Shown: piece by piece, positions 26,762 through 41,600 of the stretch
Layout: every line of letters starts with the position of its first letter
How positions within the stretch are numbered: position 1 is the stretch's first letter
Source: Seison nebaliae
Lineage: Eukaryota
Direction of reading: 5' to 3'
NCBI GenBank assembly: GCA_023231475.1
Contig: JALJEE010000252.1
Location: forward strand, 1-64,000
DNA: 64,000 nt
Notes under the pieces: generated by a model
The model's database searches: none
Seen by the model: only the letters and a program-made list of their open reading frames with translations
Told to the model about the DNA's origin: nothing
Position numbers and translations under genes: made by a program

Positions 26762-29700
26762 GTTTAAAGGATGTACTTCATGAGAATGGTGCTTTGTTGA
26801 AAGAAGTCAATGCAATTTCGATAGAATTGAATAAGAAAGTTCAATATCAATTTGTGTTATTAACAGACACGTTGTATACTCCGTATGATATGTCGGAGAA
26901 TATTATGAATAAGAATAACGATGTGATTGGAAGATCGATGGATGAATCGATATATAATCATCGATTTTATAATAATGAAAAAAATGAAAACTTTTGCAAT
27001 TTCAACAATCAGTTAACGGTTATGGGAAATGGTCGTGAAGGTGGCAATTGGCAATCAACGAAAGTTTTCATCGAAGTCAACGATATGTATCATGACATTG
27101 TTCATTATTTGACGATTGATGAATTAAAATTGAGATTGAATGATATGAGATATCTATATCATCGATCAGCCCAACTGCCAATTGAGGAACAGAATAATCG
27201 ATTAATTCAAACAAATCGAATGATCTCTTCCACTTATTCATCGAATTCATCCGCTTCCTCCACATCTCAAACATCGTCCTCATCCAACAAAGTGAAAGTG
27301 GATCCATTTTATTCGATAATGAATTATGTTGATCAAACAATCAATATATCGATGCCGATCAATGTTGGACGTTGTATGATTAATTTGAAAAATTTATTAT
27401 TTAATCTACCAATCATTCAAACGATTCCTGTTATCAATGTGAATGGTATAGTCATGTGTCAATTACAATTCCTTCAAATTCCACATGATATTGGAGGATT
27501 GACGAATTTCATAAATTATTATGAGAATGAAATGGATAATATGACGGCGAATGAACAAAATGAACAAATGATATTATATGAATGGTGTAATAAAATGATT
27601 AATATTCTTTCACTCGATTCCAATAATGGAAATAATGATGATATCGACAAACCATTCATACTTCATGGAAATGAATCATTAACATTTCTAGATGAAGAAT
27701 CGACAAACAACAACAACAACAACAATAATAATAATAATAATGATCAGAAGAATGATGATTATTATCCGAATTTAGATTCGATTTTCTCTTTCACTTTCAT
27801 CATTTTAAGAATAATTAATTTGGATTCATATTATTCTGACGTTCTCTGTCGTTACAATTTCATGAGACGATGTTCCATTCCATTTATAACAGATTATAAA
27901 CGGAATGAATCTCTTCGTTTCCAAAAGGAATTTCAATCGAACATTATCGATTCTCAGATACATTTCCGTCATATTCAAACTTTTCGTATAAAAGTCACGA
28001 GATCCTTCATCAATTATCTTCGATATGAACCAATTATTGTCGAAGTGGCAGCAAAACATTCATCTCAATCATCCATTCACTCTCAACGTATATCGATATC
28101 GACACCGATGAAAAATTTATCATTCGATTATGATTTGATTGATGCTCCTTTATCGCCCATAACGGCACAACAATCTTTCAGTTTCTCATCGAGAAATGCT
28201 TCGATTAAACGAAGAAATTCTCAACAATCATTCCATACGGATGGATTGAAACGAAAACGAAGTTTAATTAATAAGAAATTACCAAGTCGTTTCATTCCAT
28301 TTACACCATTGTCGGAACCGATCGGCCAAAATGAATATGAGAAAATGAAAGAAGAACAAAAGAAATATTCACCATATTCTGATAATTCAATTATTTCACC
28401 GTTATGTTCCCTCCAGATTTTAGCATGGTTCGAAATTTGTGAATTATCGACAAATGGTGAATATGTTCCAGTGGAAGTGGATCATTCGTATGTGGGTGGA
28501 ATAACATCATCATCAGCATTCGCTAACTCTCGAATATCTAGTCAGAGGATTACAAAATTATCTCATATTCCTGGTAGTGGTCGATTTCTTTTACATCATG
28601 GTGTTCAGAGAAGAATTCGAGTAACTATTTGTCATGAAACTCAATCGAGACTTCTTTGGAAGACAGCGAAAGAGATGGTAGTTGGTAATATTCGTAGTCA
28701 TGAAAATGGTTTAATGATCGAACCTGATGGTTGTACCATCTCCTTACCTGTTATCTCTTCACATTATATTCAATTGCCAAATGACAATCGAACATTCTTC
28801 CGATTTGAAGCTAGTTGGGATTCATCATTACATGAATCGATGTTACTTAATTGTGTTACTGCAAATGACTCCACCGTTTATATGACATTAAGTTGTTACA
28901 TCGAATTAGATTCGACAAAACATCCGACTTGTTTCCCTAAAGAGATTCCTCTTCAAATGCGCACGAGAGCTAATGGACCATCTTCAACAAATTTCTTTCG
29001 ATCTTCAACCATCACCAAAGGCATCTCATCATTATTCTCAGCGAAGAAAGAGAATTCCATTAATCAACCTGTTTCATCCATCATCTCTGCCAATTCCAAT
29101 TCAATCACTGCTCTCTATGAATTCTCTCTTATCAAATCATCACCATTAGCATTCGTCAAAAGTTTTTCATTTTTTCTTTTTTTTAAATAAACATTATTTC
29201 TATAAGAAAAAAAATCGCGAAATGTCATATCGTCATTAGATCATTATGTTCGTGGAGAAGAGAACTTGCAGGGATGGCGTCCTAGATCAGACTCTCTCAT
29301 TTTTGAACATATGTGGGAATTGGAACGATTGAAACGTCTGCATGATGTTTATTTTCAATCTTTTTTTCCTTATAAATATTCAAATTTTCAGTTGGAACAT
29401 ACAAAACATATTTTGTTGGTTAAACGTCAATTATCACCATCATTCTGGCATCGTTTAGATGAAGTTATCAATCCTCTAAAATTTCTTCACATTAATTTTC
29501 TCCGTAGATCGATAAGAATATTGGACGGAATTTGAACGATCCTTATGAAGATACGGAATATACAGATCGACAAAAAGTTCTATTACTTCATTGTATTAAC
29601 ATGATTAAAGAAGCAACAAGAAATACGGCAGATCGTTTGAAAAAGTTCAAATTTAAATTATATTCATTATGGATTATATACATATTTATATATTTCTTAT

Positions 29701-30757
29701 TGGAATAGGAAAGATCAAATTCAAACATGTCAGATAAATGTTCAATCAGATGAGACGTCGATAATAAAATCGAAAAATATAGAAAGTGGATTAGAATTGA
29801 ATGATTCCTCATTATCTCCATTCTCTATGAAACAGAGTGCTTCAATCTGTCATTTGGATCAGTTATCTTTATTATAGAAATTGTTTATCGTTGAATATTT
29901 GTAGGAAATGTATTAACAATTATGACTCGTGGAAGAATCGACATTCGATGGATAAATTGGATATGGAGAATGAGGGACGAATATCAATGAAGAAACCAAT
30001 TGATGATAATGAAGAAGATGAAATAGAGAACTATCAGAACACGAATCAAAATTCGATGAGGAAACAAGTCGATTATTATAATGATTCTTATGCAACAAAT
30101 CCATTCTTGAATGAAATGGATAATATAATTCAAAAAGATTCTTTAGATAAAATTGGTTCTAGATTCGATTCGTTGATGCAATCATCTCTCTATTCATCCA
30201 ATTTGACATCATCCATCCGAATGGCGAATGTTCCTAAAGAAATATTTATTGGTCGCAGTCAAATCATTTATCCAAATCGAGTCATTTCAAAAGAAGGTCG
30301 ATTAAATATCGCTTCTTTTGATAATAGTCGGTGGATTGAAAGATATGCAGTTATTATCATCTTCTAATGTAATCGAGAAAAATTTCATAATTTATATTTC
30401 AGGTGATAAGAAGACCATTTCTTTTATTTTATTATTCGGAATTAGATCAAGTCGAACGAGGATTCATCAATCTGAGAAATATTCGAGTTGATATGAATGA
30501 AGAATTCATCGATTGTGAAGTTGGAATAAATGTCAGTTCTCTCATTATTAAATGTCATTTAATTTCAGAGTGTAAATACATTCGCTATAATTAATGAGAA
30601 TGAATATGTTCTGGTACAGACACCGGAGAAAGATTTACGAGATTGGCTCTATGCCATCGACTCATTGAGATTTGGTGAATTGTGGTCAACGCGTAGGAAG
30701 AAAGCAATAACGACATTCTCCGATAATCGTCATCATACTATTGATAACAATTTTTAA
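23598..30757 (+). CDS. unc-104: Kinesin-3 motor unc-104/KIF1A (motor, FHA, coiled-coil, DUF3694 region, C-terminal PH), 14 exons
   Basis: [61 protein letters not shown] (FHA), [25 protein letters not shown], and PH domain VIRRPF..DWLYAI. Thirteen introns join in frame. Confidence 0.95.
26731..26761. repeat. (TA)n microsatellite near the 3' end of unc-104 intron 6
   Basis: Directly visible. Confidence 0.85.
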
Positions 30758-32921
30758 GTTTTCTATTCAAATTCCACAATTCGAACTAGTCAAATTTTTT
30801 AAGTTTAAATTCGTCTATATTATTTACTCGTTTCATTTTGACGATCCATCTTGGAACTTTGGTAAATTTTCGTCTTTATTTCCAAATGTTTCGGTTTTTT
30901 TTCATTTAGACATTTATATCGATATTCTCTTCTCCATCTCTTTCGGAATGTTACAACGATGACGAAGTAGAAGAAGAAGAAGAAAAAATGATATCATATT
31001 CTTATTATATATATCATTTTATTCATCATTTACATGTGCAAGTGATGGTTGAAAGAAATATTATATTGTTTCATCTCAAATATTGCTTTTACATAACAAG
31101 AAATTATTCTCTTTCAATCAATCTTTTTTTAGCCGATTATATTTATGAAATTTTATAAAAGTGCAATTCATTTCATTCTTCGCTTTCTTTTCTTTTCATC
31201 TTCTTCCTTCATTTTTTTTCCATCGCTGCAAGTGCAAAATTCGAGACATTAATTTCACTTCGTATATTCCTTTTACAACAAAATCTCACCATCACATTTT
31301 TTGGATGTTATATGTATTTATTGAAATTTTTATATTAATAATAAAAATAATCTGAAAATTATCCAATTTCTTGACGCAAAAATTATTTGCATTGTTTATT
31401 TCCTGTTATTAATTTTTGTGCATTGTTCCGAGCCCGATGTCACACCTAATTCTTCTCCAGGTAATAATAAGGATTTCAAAAAGACATTGAATGTTTGAAA
31501 AAGAATATTTATTTTTTAAGTTGTCATTCCAGTTTTTCTGATGGAGAACGAACGTTAATCTTATTAAGATGTCGATGATGTTTCTTTTGTTCGAAGTGGT
31601 GAGAAATGAACGCCAATTTGAGTTAGGAGGAATTCGATGGAGAAGTAGAAGGTGAAATATTTTCGTTGCTGTGAGAAAAGGGGAAGGAACATACATAAAT
31701 AAAACTGTGACACTATGATAAGTCACAGGTAGAATTGATGAGATGCAGGGAATGTGAGCAGGTAGGGATTTCGAGACAAAAAGAAATGACAATTTGACTA
31801 GTGAAATTTGTGTATTGAGAACAGAAGTAATAGAAAGTTACATCAAATTGTAATTGCAAATTGATCAAATAAATCTCATTTTTCGACATCGAATGAGAGA
31901 ACTGGATGGGGAGAACACTTATCGAATTTCTTAAGAGGAGATAATAGAGAAGTAAATTTAAATTGATTCGTTGGGAGACGAGACGGAGAACGAGAAGAAT
32001 AATAAATTAAATCGAACTCATCAGTTTATGTAATAAAGAAGAAAGGAATTCGTAATGAAAGAAGGATCATGAGTTTTGGGAAAGACAGAAAGGAAAACGA
32101 ACGGAAACATTGCAGAATATCTATCGGGAGAATAAAATGAATTTTTCCCATGTCATTTACCATTTGACAATAAAATAAACTAATGAAAATAATTTGTATT
32201 ATATACAGGAATTATTGGAAGGAGGAAAAATAACATTACATTTTCTCAGAAAAATATTCTTGATGGACAAAAATTATCTTAATTATTTATCATCGATGGA
32301 AGAAAGATGCCACATCACAATTCCACTAGCGAATTTTTCAATTGAGCATTCATATATTTTCATTCGGATTCTCCTCCTCAAATGAAAGGAAGAAAGAATT
32401 AGATGGAAAGGAATTTTATTTTATTCAAATATGTGTTTCGTGAAAGGAAATCGTCAAGATTTTTCTGCAAATTTGTTTACCTTTATTTACATTCGATTAT
32501 AATTGTCTTTAACCTGAAAATATCGGTGATTTCAGTGTTCGACTGAAAATATGCGAAGCAGGAACTTATCTATCGTAAGAAAGAAAACTGAAAAGGTTTT
32601 CTGCAAAATCGAATTCTATACAATCTTCTTTCCATTTTATTAATGTTTATTGATTTTTTTTACTTTCTGTCGATTTTGATTTCCCTTTTAATATTACATT
32701 ATTGATTTAATTCATATTCATTAACGTATCGAAGCCTTATTGGAGGAGATATCGAACTTTATTCATCCGTTTCCATCACCAAATAAGACGATATTCGGTA
32801 CATTAATCGATTTTTTTTTAATTCGATGACAATGAGCATGGAATATGGAAGAAAATAATGATAATTCCACTGACATTCTATAACGATGTAATAACAATAA
32901 TTATATCCTTTGCTGGAGAGT

Positions 32922-32976
32922 TGACGATGATGATGATGACGACAATGATGATGATGAAGGTGATGATGATGATGAA
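32922..32976. repeat. Imperfect (GAT)n microsatellite
   Basis: tgacgatgatgatgatgacgacaatgatgatgatgaaggtgatgatgatgatgaa; no supportable ORF around it. Confidence 0.7.
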
Positions 32977-34848
32977 GCAAAACGAAGGTAAATAATGGGA
33001 AGAAAGTACATGGAAATTCGATTTGTTTCTCTTCTCTACTCTACGTATGTTGACAAGGCAACGATTTTATTCAGGAAGCGCATCAACCTAACATGAAAAT
33101 TAGCATACTTATAAATGGTCGTAACTATGATTATGGAATACGAGCGAAATATATTACACATATGAATATATGTCCTACTTTTTTCGCTGTTTAGTCATTT
33201 CTCTAAGACAGTTTGTTCAGTTCATACTTCTTATTAATATTTGAAGTTACTAGTCAACAAGTACCAACACCATAAGACTATGTGATATCCGTAAAATTAG
33301 AACATGTCAATTCGTCATCCTATTGAAGTGGAGATTGAAAGCAAAACATTTAGAACTAATCAATTGCACACATATAAATTCAAAATTTATAGGAAAAAAC
33401 ATTTTAAAAAAAAGAATAACAGAAATATTTGACAAGGAATAATTTTTTGTGATTTTTTGATTGTGAATCAATTTGTTCAACCGAATATTTCTTCGTATGA
33501 TTTGTCCTACTATAATGTGAGAAATAAAATAAGGGAAATTGGGAGGTAATTCGTTAACATGATTATTGGTCGAGCTTTTATCTATTTGATTATTTTTATC
33601 CCACCCCCACAAACATATTCATTAGAAGTGATGTTTATTGCTTTTATTTCGGTTGAAAATTTGGTTAATTTTTATTTCATTTAACTTTCTCAATTCGAAA
33701 TTTTTATTTATAACTTCCTTTCAATTAACTTGTCTTGTAACATTCCTCAATATTTTCCTCTAATACAACATCAACAGTTCCAAGTTCAATAAAATATGCA
33801 TTATTTAAAGAAACGAATTTTGTTTTTTTGCAACTTCGTCCTATGGGAAAATTTTTTTTTAAAGAAATCATTTCAGAAGTTCTCGTAACTTAATAAGAAA
33901 GGATTTGGACACCGAACTTTGGGCCGGATAGAAACAAATTCAATAACTGGAAATTTTTTACATGAATTTTACGAAAATTAGGAAATTTATTAGTGCAGAA
34001 AATTGTCCGATATGTTGGAATGTCCATTAATGGAAAATCCAATTAAAGCGACCGTCCTTTTTCGTAGTTTTAGGCAACCCATTTCTAAAGATATATCGCT
34101 CATTCACCTGAAGGTGGATGTATCATAAACTTTTTTCCGTTTCTTTCCTTTTCCCATTTCCTATTGAATAAATAAGAATGAAGTTTTCGTGCAAGTGCTT
34201 TCTGGGATGATGGAGAATTTATGCACATGGACATTCGTTCCATTTAGAAGATTCTCTATGACGATGCAATGTAAAATTATATGTTGTAAAAAAAAAGGTT
34301 TAATTTCGTGTTATATACTCGTTCCTGTTGTTTAAGAAAATGATTATAATTAGAGATCGAATCTTATATCCACCAAAATCAAGTTTTTATCAGGATAAAT
34401 ATGTTAAGGAAGGTTTAAAAACTATCTGTATAACTTTTATTAATATGTACCCAAAATGGACCGAATAATCTAAAAACTAAAGATTGGAAGATTCTCCATA
34501 TGAAAATTATATAGTTTGGAATCAAAACTGGTATATAATTAAGACCAGAAATAATTTGAAAATAATTCTTCAATAGATTATGATGTATAATAATTTAAAA
34601 TAAATATTGGTATGAATCATTTAGGAAGAAAAGGAGATATTAGTAATCATCATGCAAAAGAGAATATGTTATGTTGACGGTTATCGCTAATTGTTTTCAT
34701 GTAAATGAGAGATATTCTCCTTCGTTATATTCGTATGAAAACATTGAAAATTTCAATAACCAGAGGTGAAAAGTGTGGGAGAACCAAATAACAAATCAAA
34801 CGACTTATAAATGTAAATATAGTAATTCTTGGACTCCTACCTTCGAAT

Positions 34849-35812
34849 AGGTCGCGGAGCGGTATTCACCCTGTGTTTTGATTCACCCTCATATTTGTTT
34901 TCGGAGAGGAATTCACAGGAATTCAAAATAGTGATAAATCTATTTCGGAGAGAAATTCACCATTTAGATCGATATCGGAGAGGAATTCACCCACTTTTTT
35001 AGATTTCGGAGAAATATTCACTCCTAAATAAAATGCTAATTCCATCCTAAATCGGAGCGGAAAGCACTCAAATTTTTTTTCACCGAAAAAACATTGTTTT
35101 TTCCCACATTCGAAAAATGTGAGCACCGGATTCAAAAGCTAGACACCGTCGGCTGTTTTTACTTCAATAGGAGGAGGTAAAAAATTCATGATACACTGAT
35201 TGCAATAAAATAGGTACTTAATACTAATCATGGACCGGTATTTATAGAAAATTTACTATTTACTTGTAAGATTTGCCGCTTTTTTTTATCTTTCAAAATT
35301 GATTGACTAAATTCCATATTTATCATGGTAGGTTTCTAATTTATAGATTAATTGATCATAAGATTGTTCAATTAATTATTTTAATTTTAATGTTTTCATC
35401 ACTTGATTAATTGATTAAAGGATTCCTTAGTAAATATTTTGTTACTTTTTACGCCTGAAGACGGTAATGGTATAATAAAGTACTTACTAATTGTTTTACA
35501 ATGTCAAGCGCCCATTGTACGCATTGTTGTGACTTAATAAATCATGGTAAAATCGAAATACCTTCGAAAAAAATGTGAAATTTAAACGTGAATTCCTCTC
35601 TGAAAAACTGGAAGAAGGTGAATTCCTCTTGGAAAAATTTAAATTTGAGTGAATTCCTGTCCGAAAAACTCCTTTTGAGTGAATTGCGCTCCAAAAAATA
35701 TTTTATAAGATGAATAGTCGAATGAATTCCGCTACGATATTTGAGTGAATACAGCTCCGTATATGAAAAACCGAGTGAATTCCTCCATAAGGTGAATACC
35801 ACTCCGGGATTT
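34849..35812. mobile_element. Non-autonomous foldback/Mutator-like DNA transposon, 964 bp
   Basis: Left terminus aggtcgcggagcggtattcacc is an imperfect inverted match to right terminus ggtgaataccactccgggattt. Subterminal CGGAGAGGAATTCAC copies lie in opposite orientation on the two arms. Flanking 9-bp direct repeats are ccttcgaat (34840-34848) and ctttcgaat (35813-35821). Confidence 0.8.
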
Positions 35813-38683
35813 CTTTCGAATTTGTAGTAGAATTGCAATTCGCCATAAAACTACATCGATATCCAAAACATATTTATGTTTATCGTCTAGTGAATCATTT
35901 TATTAAAATGTTGAAGCTAACATAGAAGCAACACATTTTACTAATATTCTACTTGATTCATCTAATATTCGTTATCAAACGTGAAAATTCTTTTGTTTAA
36001 TGGACATCACATAAATAGTTTCGATTTTTCCCCAACCAACTTCAACAGATCACCGTTTTATGATCCAGAAGTTTTTTTTTGACAATGAAGATAACGAAAC
36101 AGAGTTATTTCGAGTTACTCATTTTCACTTAAAATCCATAATTTTATGCGAATAATAATCATCTAAAAAATGATGATGACTCATTCCATCTAATTTCATC
36201 GATTTGAGGGAGGAAGTGGATAATGATGTATCGAGATGTTTATGGAAATCGTCAAGTTCAAAAATAAGAAACAAATTGAATGAACTTCCTTTTTTTCTAA
36301 ATATGTGTCACTATAATTTATGTACATAGCTTTACTTATAATGCATAGGTTTTTTTCTCATAAATTTTTATACTAACAAAATATTGTATTTGTAAGAAAA
36401 TAATAAAATATTTGAAGTATTATTTGGTGCAAATTATTGTTTTGGATTTATTACAGTGGTTATTCCAATCAATAATTTGAATAATCATGAATGTTCTGAC
36501 ACATATTTTCGATAGAATGATGATAACGGAAATATTATCCCCTTTATTCCCCAACTTCCCAGTTCGATTACTGTTTGATATATTCCCAAATAAACTAAGG
36601 GAAGCAGCGACCCGATTACATAATCTTTCAACCTTACAGATAAGAGATATTTCGTACTTCAACAAACTGCTCTTATTATTCTAGCCCATCATTATTCATA
36701 ATTGCATGATAATATTTCTATTATGATGATTAAGCGCCATTTCCATAATATATCCTGATAATACAACTCATGAAATTTGATGTTGAGAAAGATAATGGTC
36801 TTCTCATACCAGTTAATGGTGGTTAATTAATGCGAAGAGAAAAATTTCCATTTTAAGGATAATAGATCAATTTTACAGTTAAACAATGAACAAGTTAATA
36901 AGTTAAATTTGTTTTTAATTCTTCCTTTATTTTCATATGTTATAATGAATTGTTTTTAATTTAAGAAATACTCTTCCTAGAAGTATATTTAATATACTAT
37001 ATTATTCCACGAATAATATTCGTTAAGAATCCTAATAATCAATATGAAATTAAAAAGAAATAAAAATATTAATGATAGATATACAAGACTAATTTTATGT
37101 GACATCAATGAATGTACATTACATAATGTAATATTGGTTCAACAAACCAACTTGGTAGTTTTTTTCGAAGAATTTGGGATATTATATAGAGCCATCCGCC
37201 AACTCTATGATTACGGTTGCTATAACGCTCTGTTGGTGAAGTGTAGAGAGGAGGAAGACGATGGATGGATGGAGGGAGGTAGTGTAAGGTAAGAATTAAA
37301 AAATTTTCAAGGGAAGTAATCGACATAGATGAAGATGGGAGGAGAATGGAAGTATAAATCGCAATTAAAAAGGAATAGATTCTTAAAGTGAATTTTTCTT
37401 TGACGTGGGTGAGGAAATTTAGCGTAGGTGGAAGTCGACCTGATTAATGTGAAATCGTTCGCAATATACTTAAATTTCCCTACACGCTAATTAATTATAA
37501 AAGATTCTCTAATCGATTCCTTTAGGGAATGGATATTCGTCTTCATCATTATTTTCAGATCTTTATCAATTCGTTTTCTAATTGAATGTCATCTCCCAAT
37601 TATTGTATCTTGTTCCTCTTCCCCGTCTGTGCACAAATAGTGCACCAACTAGATCGTTAAATTCAACTCTACATTCTTATCTGCGCGAGATACGAAACTG
37701 TCTTATGTATTTAATTGAAGGAATTAATTAAAGTGAATTCGAATTCAAATTCTACTCATACAATACAAATATGATTAAGAGGAATTTGAGGACAGGTTTT
37801 TTAGTATGAGGTCGAAAGTTGAAAGGTATGATTTTGGCAAAAGGTTATTCACTCTGCCTCTTAACCAGAGACAATTAATATTAATGAAAATTTTGTGTTT
37901 AGTTTTTCCTCCGTCATTTGTTCCTTCCGCGCATTCCACATTTTTTCTTAACATCAATAATTGTTTTCCATAAGCATAAGTTCATAAATAAGCACAATTG
38001 AATGTACGAAGATAATTGGAAATGAATTTAATTTATTCTTTAATGAACAAACATATATTCGTCATATCTTACTGTTGTTAATCTGAATATATTCTTTCTT
38101 TTTTTCTAATTTTTCGTTTCTCGCCGATCGCATATTATGATAGATGAATAAGATGACAATTATTAAGAAGATAATTTCAATGAAACATATAATGGTAGCT
38201 ACTCTATTCCACTAGTGGAAAGATTTGCATGTGACTAGAGGTAAATGTATCCGAAGAATTTTTCTTCCTAATTAAAATACAAACGTAGAATATTATTCTA
38301 CAAATTCAATGATATTTATCAGATAATTTATTCGGTTAATAGACGGGGTGAATGTAAGACTGTTTCTATAGACTGTCATGTAAAAGATGGTGATCGATTC
38401 TTTCCATCTCTTCCATTTCATGGAATTATAATATTTTAGTTCTATTCTTAAAAAGAAAATAATTTGATAGCGATTATTATATTTCTTTCTTCACAACATT
38501 TTTTTAATGCTTTCAAACTGCAAAAAAATAGACAATTTCCTTTTACTTCCTCTATTCTCTTTTATGTCTCCTACATGGTGCAGTGGTGTATTCCCCTATG
38601 ATATGAAATGATATGATATGTTGATGTCACATGGATTATCTGATATCAAAAATTGATCGATCCAACTTATTATACTTATTATT

Positions 38684-41600
38684 ATGGGTAAAAAGAGTCG
38701 TCATCAACACTTCCTAAGTAATATCAACTTAACAGCAACAACAACAACCACATTATCCTCATCACAAACGACGACAACAACAACAACGGCCGCAGCATTA
38801 TCAACATTATTTCTGATAAATAACAGTATGGCCGTTGGGAAAGATTTTTCGACGAGAAATAAGTTGACTGTTTCCAACTATTCCATTAATATCAACAAGA
38901 ACAAGAACAACAATAATAATAATAATAATAAAAGTAACCTTATTCCTAATGATTTAGAAGGAAGTGTATACGGAAATGGAATGACGAATATGATGGATGA
39001 TACTGACTTATCCTGTGGCGATACTGCAGGAAATGTGGATAATGAATGTTCATCAACTCTCATCGATTATTGGTATCATAAGATTAGTGAATATGATAAT
39101 ATGATATTAAATGCCCATTCTACTAATTTACCTGAAATCAATACAGTTGATAAGGATTTATCTGTTACACCGAACATATCCTACGATAGCAAAATATCTA
39201 ATGAACAATGTCCAACTGGAAATCCACATTCTTTGTCCAGTCTCTCCAATCCATCAGTCAACTTATCAGCTGAAGATGAAAAGAAAAATTCGATAACTTC
39301 ACGATCGAAACTCGCACTACGCTTTCCTATAAAAAAATGGAGGAATCGGGGTAAGAGTGCTAATCCGTCTTCGGCAACGGATGGCGACTCTAATCAAGAG
39401 GAAAAATATAATAAATTTGGAGGGATTGATTTGAATAAGAATACCACCCACAAAGCCCAACCAACATTATTTATACAAAACAAAACTCCTTTAACTTCCT
39501 CTACCATTCCTATCCGTCATGACACTCCCAATGTGATAGAAAAGAAAGCCAAATTCAAATTAATCGGTCGAGTTATTCAGAAATTGCAACATCATCAACC
39601 GATTTCTGACATCAACAAAAATAAGAATAATAATCCGGAAATTACTTCGAAAGATCGGACACACTCTGATATTAATCTTTCCATTACTCAACATTATTCA
39701 ACAACCGATTCCCTTAACACCAATAATACAACTGGTTTGCTTCCTTCTGATAATTCTAGTAACTTTCAGAATCTTTCCGTTGGTATGAAGAGAAGTAATT
39801 TCCAATTAGCATCTACCTATAACAATGCCAGAAATAAGGTTAATGAAGATTTCGATTTGAATCGATCAACTTCGTCACATTTCTTCCATTCGCCAAGTAC
39901 CGATGATGGAAATGTTGCAACTATGGCAACTAGAGACAATGAAGTAGCGAAAGCTTCTCCCGTAAAAACAAAATCAAAAAATCGTCGATTACTTGAAACG
40001 ATTAATGATGCTTATAAGAAAATTAATATTAGTGGAACGAGTTCAAAATTTCGTTCTACACAACAATCAATGGATGATCGAACTGAATCGAATGTCGATT
40101 ATCAGTCGGAAGTTGATCTTCATCAAATTGACGAACCGCCGTCAAACATAAATGCACTACCAGAAAAGATATTAATTAAAATATTTTCACAATTGAGAAT
40201 CATCGACGATGAATTGCCAAGATATGCTCTTGTTTGCAGGAAATGGCGAAGGATTTTAGCCACCACTCCGAATTTATGGAGACATTTGATCTTGAAGAAA
40301 GAATGTAGTAAATTGACGAGGAAACATTTATCGAAACGAGCAAAGAAATCAATATTTGACGAAAAGAATTTAAATTGTCGATATATCGATCATATTCTCC
40401 GTTACGATAAGTGTATGACGGATAGTCGAATTATTGTGGAAGATTCAACGCCAATAAACCATGATGAAGAACAGGCACAGCAACCTACAAATAATTCTTC
40501 TTTTATGAATTCTTTCTTACATTTGACAGTTGACCCATTTACGAAGAATAAACGACGATCAAATGCACCAATTGGAGGAGATATAACTCCCAGAGAATCA
40601 TTCAAACGAAATACATTAACTGAACAATCATTCTTACAACACATTAATTTAGATATATTTTCCGATGAAATCTCTTCACGAGGTGTACGTTCCCAATATC
40701 AAACATCGATCTATTCGCCCGAAATGAGAAGACGACTCAAATTGATTAGTTATGTGATTCGAGTTTATGGTAAACACATTTTCACTATTCGATGGTTGGA
40801 TGAGACGGTTATCAATGAAACGATCGTATTTTATATTTTCAAATTTTGTACGAGTCTTCAACGTCTTCATTTGCCATGTGTCTGGTCAGCTAAGATGCTT
40901 CATTTAATGATAACATCTCAGAAATCGGATAACGAAGTTGATATTCCATTGACCCATCATCGTCGAACACAATTTCATTCAATCAATCAATCAGGTAGTT
41001 CGAATTCTCTTTTCTGCTTTACTTTTGTACCAAAGATCCAATGTCCAACTTGTGAGACGACAAATTGCGCCATCGGATGTCCAGTTCGATTGAAGAAAAT
41101 GATTCGACAAAATTATCTGATTGAGAATCAATGTGAAGTGAGAGAAGAAACTGCGGAGAACGTAAATCTTTCTCTAAGTCCGAGTAGTGGACATTCGGAA
41201 TATTCGAATAATCTCACACCAGATTCAATACACAAATCATTCAATCTCATCCATCATCAACGATTACATGCTACGGCTAAACAAGTGTTTAGGAAGAAAT
41301 TATTCGATTCGAAAAGTTCCTCAATATTCTCATCTACATTCTGCAGTACAGATAATCCTAGACCATCAATGAATTCCATCGAATACAGTCTACCAAAAAC
41401 ATTGAGAAGAATATTAATTCGCGGCCATTTCTTATTTAGCGATACGGAACTATTATTGTTGGGAAAGAAATTCGAAACACTTCAACATGTCACTTTAGCG
41501 TCCTGTTATAAATTAACTTGGCGTGGATTGAAATCATTTCTACACATATCGTCATTATTTGAATTTGAATCGATTTGTCGAACGAAGAATGAAGAATTAT

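Noticed and set aside
33880..34700. Possible decayed coding or transposase sequence beside the foldback element
   Set aside because: No recognisable motif and no sustained reading frame.
34855..35806. CRISPR-like repeat-spacer appearance
   Set aside because: Eukaryotic context, repeats and spacers of only about 15 bp, arrays inverted relative to each other, flanking TSD and no cas genes. A transposon explains it.
38205..38255. miR-279-like seed (TGACTAGA)
   Set aside because: Only the seed matches and the hairpin with the upstream sequence is weak.
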